In this document: positions 14,456 to 20,000 of the stretch, piece after piece | Position numbering within the stretch: the stretch's first letter is position 1 | How the letters are laid out: every line of letters starts with the position of its first letter | Assembly: GCA_013115125.1 (NCBI GenBank) | Contig: JABANN010000072.1 | Location: forward strand, 60,912-80,911 | Source: Perkinsus olseni | Taxonomy: Eukaryota | Direction: 5' to 3' | DNA: 20,000 nt | Notes under the pieces: model-generated | Seen by the model: only the letters and a program-made list of their open reading frames with translations | Told to the model about the DNA's origin: nothing | Databases searched by the model: none | Translations under genes and position numbers: made by a program

Positions 14456-16013
14456 GCGCCCATCTGTCAAGAAGGCGCGAAGAAGGGTCGACCCAAAGTC
14501 TGTGTATAGAATATGGCCTCCACAGAAAAGCCCCCCCCCAGTTGTTCTGTGCCCAAGCCTCGGGGTCGGCTCATGAGTGTTGAGGTCAGGCACGAAAAAG
14601 AGAGGGACGAAAACGGCGCTCACAACGAGGCAAAGTGCGGACCTAATGGATAACATATCGGTATGCCGTATCGGATGCCGACTCCCGTCCACACAACGCA
14701 CTGTGTAGATTCTTGCTGCATCAATAGCTTGCATTATTGCGAACGGTGATGAGCACATGCTCAGTGTACTGCTGAGAGGCGGGGAAGGTCGGTCTCGGCT
14801 CGCCTTATGTATCCGATTCGCCACGCTTTCACGACTGGGTTCGATCGTTAGCCACTGGAAGTCGAATGCTCCAGTGTCTTCCTCATGGCTGTTCAACTGT
14901 TTGTTCGTGCACTACATGCACTTCTCTCGGCGGCTACAGCAAGACAGGGGAAACTCTCTATCGGTTCTATCGTGACCAGCAGTTGCTGAGAATTCAGTGC
15001 TCGCTACGAGACCAGTTTATGTATATTAAACTGTGGGGGCAAGGAAGAAAATGTACCACACACGCACTGTGCGTGACGCACGATGTGCGTGACGCACATC
15101 TAAACCCCTCCGGAGATTCTTGGCGACTCTGTTTTTGTCCTGTACGCTGTGACCTGAATGATACTGCAAATGAGGGAGGAATGTTCTCATTCCCGACATT
15201 ATACACTCTCCAAGTTTATAAGCGAGAGCTTCCGACTGAAGCCTTGAGTAGTTAGTGAGAACTCGAACAGTGAAAATTCGTCGGGGGGTCACCAACGAGC
15301 ACCGCCTTAAGCTCCCCATGGGTAGAAAAAAATCTCCAAGAACCGTCGTTGTAAATGATTGAACTACTGAGATCAGCGATGAGACACCCGCATTCGTTGT
15401 AGGGGACCCCCTAAGGGGGTGCAGTAGTGCAACGCAACAAGGGTACACTGGACTCAAGATAGAGCATCTAAGGTGGAGTAGACAAGAGAATGGTTGACAA
15501 TTCCAAGCTAGTATGTGTACAGCTCCATTGTGTTATGTAGACTGAGCAACCTTTGAGCCGCTCATTAGCCGCTCAGGTGCATCAAAGAACTCCTTGCATT
15601 CGGCAGGCGGAGCTACGGCCGATGTAAGACGATATCTCAGAGCGTGAGAGGTATCAGAGTTGTTGACTCACCTCAACTTAAACACAGCACTCCTGTGCTC
15701 CTTTTGTTTTCCCGTGGAGCTGAGTGTTGCTTCTTTTTGTCTTAGTTCAAGCCGCTCGACTGTATGGGCGTGCAGAGTTTGTGCGAGGCCTTGATGCTGT
15801 GCTTGGATAGCCCCTCTACGACAGCGGTAAGACTCATGCGTGTTGGGTTGGACTTGGTGAATTGACGCTGATGCAGTAGCATAGATTTTGTAACTTGTAT
15901 GATGAGAAAAGTCAACTCGCAGTTGCTCTAAAGGAAGTCCTAGCATCACCGTATAAGCTTCAAAGACAAAATGATTATCCTCACAACGACCCAATTGCCC
16001 CCGTGGCACAACA

Positions 16014-16090
16014 GTGTGAATTTATAGTCCAACGCCAGTTCCGGCTTAGTTACACTCTTGCCGATGTGCTCAGTTGGGGGACTCTATGTA
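16014..16090 (-). mobile_element. dispersed repeat copy 5 (inverted orientation)
   Basis: Reverse complement reads tacatagagtcccccaactgagcacatcggcaagagtgtaactaagccggaactggcgttggactataaattcacac. Confidence 0.75.
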
Positions 16091-16240
16091 CCGAAGTCAC
16101 GCCCTTTGTACGGTTCGGCTCCTTGTGAGGCCGGTTAGTAGGTGTTGGCTCGCGCCATCGCTCTGATAGCTGCTGCCGCTTCCAAGCTTCATGGCGCGGA
16201 GAGGCTGCTTATGGTCAAGTTGAATCCAGTAAGACGATAC

Positions 16241-16305
16241 ACTGTATTCTCTCCGTTACGGACTGTATTCGGAATAATTACAGTCCGTAACGGAGAGAAT
16301 ACAGT
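16241..16305. repeat. perfect 27-bp inverted repeat with 11-nt spacer (MITE-like)
   Basis: ACTGTATTCTCTCCGTTACGGACTGTA (16241-16267) and its exact reverse complement at 16279-16305. Confidence 0.92.
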
Positions 16306-16445
16306 ATTCCCATTTTATGATATAAAGCCAAAATTTCAATTGCGACCATTCCTACTCCGTCACGACGACTTCTGAGTCGTGGTAGGTCTCTATACCCTCC
16401 TCGGGCAGGAAGAAGGGGAAAGTTGCGAGTAGACGACAGGACGTC

Positions 16446-18620
16446 ATGTATGGGCTAGTGAGAGCATCATCGGACCCGACGCTATCGGCAGCTCTGGACG
16501 CTCAGGGCACCTCCTCATACTATAACGATGGCAACAATCACGCCAACTTGGTTGAGGCCGGCGATCTCACGAGGACGGAGGCCTCCGCGTTTGGAAACGG
16601 CGGCCCCGGGAGTCTTTCAGGCAACTCCCAGTCCCCTTGCCTTTGCATCAGTAAGGGGGCTTGCTTAGTGAGGTCTCATCGAAGGTTGCGCCTCTCACCA
16701 CGGTGCTATTGGATTCAGGCAAGCTGGGCGTGACACACGGGGTCAGCGGTCTCCTGGTGGATGCGATTGTGCGCCATCCCTCGAAGGTAGGTATCCATCG
16801 AGGCATCTCATTGTCTGTCATGGGCAACTTGTTAAATATACTTTGAAGCTTGCATCGAACGGAATTGGGATTGTTTCCAATCGGGATTTTCTTGAATCAG
16901 CAGTTGCCGTCGAAACCATCGGTGGTGCCCTTCATAGAACCTTGCTTGGAATACCATCTCGTAACGTACTCAGACTTGTTTCCAATATCTTTGATAGATC
17001 AGGAATGCTATCGATCCAGGCTTACAGACACTGCTCTTCTCGCCGAAAGTCTTCGCAATGCCAACTGATTGTCTCGTGGTGATCAGGCGGAAGTTGTTGT
17101 CCCTTGCCTGGAGGCATTGGTGGACCTCTGGAAAGTCTCTTCCTCGTTGGTTGGGGACCTCAATGTCGTGAAGGATGCTGTCCGGTCATCGGGTGATCAG
17201 CAGATTCTCTACCGAGTGCGTGATGCCCCTCTGGTTTTCCTCATCTTGATAGCCATCATAGCGTGGAGGCTTTGCTTTTCCCTGTGCCATGGTATGCCTA
17301 TACCCCCTCATTATTACCAATTTCTCGGTCACCCGTCTCCGCTCGGCAGATGGATTTCATAGCCCGCCTGAGTGGCCCAGTTGTCAGGCGACAGAAGCCT
17401 GCCCCGGTCTCATGAAGGACACGTGCTTAAGGATTCGCAGTATCATATCAGAAAGCTCCACAGCGGGGGAAGTTTTCCGGTGCGTGAAAGTCGACAGGAA
17501 AGGTATCAATCGAAGCGGCCAATTTTCGAGGTCTCGTGAGCCGCTGCAAAGGGAAGGTGAGAACGGTTTGGCGAGCCCTGCCGAGAGCGTCGGACAACGG
17601 GCCACTCGCAGTAGTCTAGACGGATTGGACGTGGAGGCATTGAAAGCTTCGGTAGGTATACCCTTTGGTAAGAGCGACTCGTCTCAATGCAGAGAGTGGG
17701 CCTCGATGAGACCCTCTTTTTGACCCATCGCAAGGAGCCATACTCGTAGCTGACCATCCTGAGTCCTCGATCTGCGAGAACCTGAGTTCTTCGAAGGAAA
17801 AGTGTCTTCCTGCATTTCCCATAAAATCTGCGCACTCTACCTCTGGGTCGGAGTAGACTTGTGCAAATAACTTTCGTACTTCCCCCGCCCATCCACGCCC
17901 CTCTGCTTGATCTCCTCCCAGCTTGACTCATTTTCCCCACTCACTCTCTAGCAGAGGATGGGAGAGTCCGCCGCTCTCCGTCGATGAGGGGATGTCAGAT
18001 TCATCGGACCCTCGTGGAGCTCGGTGGTCACGAGGGCTACATAAGGAGCATTGAAGCAGAGGCTGAGGCAACCGAGGATGCAGCACTTGCCCGCCTCCTT
18101 GTGAACGCACGCTTGGAAGTCCCAGAGGAGGTCATCCGGTTCGACAGCTCGGCTGCCGCAAACTTTTTCTCAGGACGCGCCGGCAGTTGTTGAGCGTATC
18201 CTTGAGGTCGAGAAGACTCCACTGGCATTGAGGCATCGCGTGGTAAGATTATTACTACGACGAAATGGCAGTAGTAATATCGTTTGAAGCCGGTCGGGTA
18301 TTTTTCAAGGCATTCCGTTCCGAGTGAGCTGGCGCTGCTGAGGGTCAACGATGAGTCGTGACTATCATCACATTGCTCCCTTCGGTCGATCTTGGATACA
18401 GCATGTGTGTTCCGCCAGGCACATCATTTCCGAGGAGGTGGAGGAGAGCTTGCCGAGGAGCATCGAGATGGGTGCTTGCCGCCGAGGCTGCGAGAGCTCG
18501 CGGTCAAGATAGAGCATGAGAATCAGCCCACACGGTGAATTTCCCGAAGGTGTCTGTGAGCGTTGGAACAGCGTTCGGATGCTATGTGGCGGAGGAATCT
18601 TCAGGTGCACTCAGGGAGAC
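16446..18620 (+). pseudogene. hypothetical multi-exon gene, apparently disrupted
   Basis: Successive helical-looking + strand blocks: LSEVSSKVAPLTTVLL, VSGLLVDAIVRHPSK followed by a GT donor, TDTALLAESLRNAN*LSRGDQAEVVVPCLEALVDLW, EDAALARLLVNARLEVPEEVIRF, CLPPRLRELAVKIEHE. In-frame stops and frame changes are not explained by obvious introns. Confidence 0.3.
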
Positions 18621-19352
18621 GACAGATTGCAAGGTGCGTCACGGTCTTTTTGCCATGTCCATCAGCTGAGCATTGCTGGTCTCCTCTCACGTATTTCTAT
18701 CGGGCTTTGGTTGTAGTAGTAGGGCGTGCATTAACCCTTGGGATCTTTTCTGTGGTACATGGAGGCTACAGCTTGCTCGAGTCGGAAGTGCCATGAAGTG
18801 CGATTTGTTAAGAGACTGCAGAAGCGAAATACGAGCGGAGGTTCTGTGGCACTTGTAGTGTACTGCAGTGGAACGCAATGAGCTGATGAAACCGTAATCG
18901 GCTGCAAGTTGAAGATGCTGAGAATTTACGGATTCTCGCGAGATTCTATAAAAGACATCAAGTATCTTGAACGAATATGCACCGGGTGATGTACGCAACT
19001 GTTAGCTTGACACACTCGGTTCATGAGACCACCCGCGTTGCGGGTCAGCTAGACTCCAATATCAGTAGAGAGCGCATTCCCGATTCTGACACCCCTAGCT
19101 AGAACCCCCGGAGATAGCAAGGTATAGTTGAACTCTCCTTGCTTTCACGGGTCGGCATGTTTGATATACTTGAATGATGATTCTGGTGCAAGCTGTGTTT
19201 ACGTACACGCCTGCACGCAAGCGCACCATTGCCCAGTGGTCTGGAACGACTAAGGCAGGCACTGTCTGCAAGCGCTGACGGAAAGGATGAACCCTGTCTC
19301 AGCACAATCTGCAGTTTACTCTAGGAAATTAACTTGAACCCTTACCAACTGA

Positions 19353-20000
19353 ATGAAAGAATACGACGGGTTCGGCGGGGAGATATACGTTGTGGAGGGC
19401 GAAGATGACGTGCCCTCTGTCAAGGACAAGCTGTGAGAGAGGGAGGGCTTCCTGCTCCATCCGTCTCTCTCGTCGGTTCCATCGCCCAATGCGAATTACC
19501 TTTTGACAGCAGTGCCGTTGAGTACCGAAGCCCGATTCGCGCTGACGTGAGTGATTCGCACTGTATGGTGGTTGGCAACCACTGGTTGCACGATCGGGAG
19601 AATAATCAATGGGAACTGGATGGTTGCTCGCTCTCCAGGTGCGGTCATCCTTTCGTCGGCATCGACTTCGAGTGGAACGAAGGGGAAAGTAACCCTCTGG
19701 TCTCACTGGTAGGTCCCGTTGTCTATTTTAACTTTTCCACGGTCTTTCGGAACGTTGGCATGAACCTATTGATGAACCATCTGATAGTCATTCTACATCG
19801 ATTCGTGCATAAATCCCACAAGAACTGAGCTCATTGGGGAACTGGTCCGGTACTGGCGTAGAAGTGTGAACTCGCTCATCCACATTCGGTGACGTTATTC
19901 ACCGTAGAGCCGTTGGCAGGTACAGATTGCAACTACGAGGCTTGCTGTGTTATTTCGAATTGATACCGAAAGCCCGGCATTGCATCCCGTGGCTAAGTCA
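19353..20000 (+). CDS. DEDDy 3'-5' exonuclease, WRN/EXD-type (DNA_pol_A_exo1-like domain), 3'-partial
   Basis: Exons 19353-19432, 19639-19708 and 19920-20000 join in phase to MKEYDGFGGEIYVVEGEDDVPSVKDKLCGHPFVGIDFEWNEGESNPLVSLVQIATTRLAVLFRIDTESPALHPVAKS. This contains ExoI VGxDxEW followed by xxLxQxA. Confidence 0.8.

Noticed and set aside
14460..16010. Composite transposon bounded by inverted repeat copies 4 and 5
   Set aside because: The copies differ in length and sequence, there is no outer target duplication and no recognisable transposase; independent insertions are simpler.
19433..19828. 131-aa ORF as a standalone gene
   Set aside because: It is intron read-through around the real exonuclease exon 19639-19708.
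19901..19920. Spliced-leader-like start ACCGTAG
   Set aside because: Only 7 nt match, and there is no downstream SL RNA structure or Sm site.

Overview
Eukaryotic genomic DNA with many short GT-AG introns, so the ORF track is mostly misleading. The style is consistent with an alveolate protist such as Perkinsus; this is inference and cannot be proven here. Spliced genes reconstructed by hand: the 3' part of a DDX3/DED1 DEAD-box helicase (13 exons, 1-3566), an ALKBH6-like 2OG-Fe(II) dioxygenase (about 4159-6024), a probable multi-exon hypothetical gene (about 6.1-8.1 kb) and the 5' part of a WRN/EXD-type DEDDy 3'-5' exonuclease (19353 to the end). The middle (about 9.5-16.3 kb) is repeat-rich. 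It holds five copies of an unclassified ~105-bp element ending GGACTATAAA plus a CA tail, one of them split by a 282-bp TG...CA solo-LTR-like insert with a GGGG target duplication. It also holds a degenerate Bel/Pao-like remnant, a 29-bp minisatellite, a perfect 27-bp inverted repeat and a small signal-peptide ORF. No rRNA, convincing tRNA, spliced-leader gene or CRISPR array was seen. No novel system could be demonstrated. The best leads are the dispersed element, the nested insertion and exon-like blocks inside introns.
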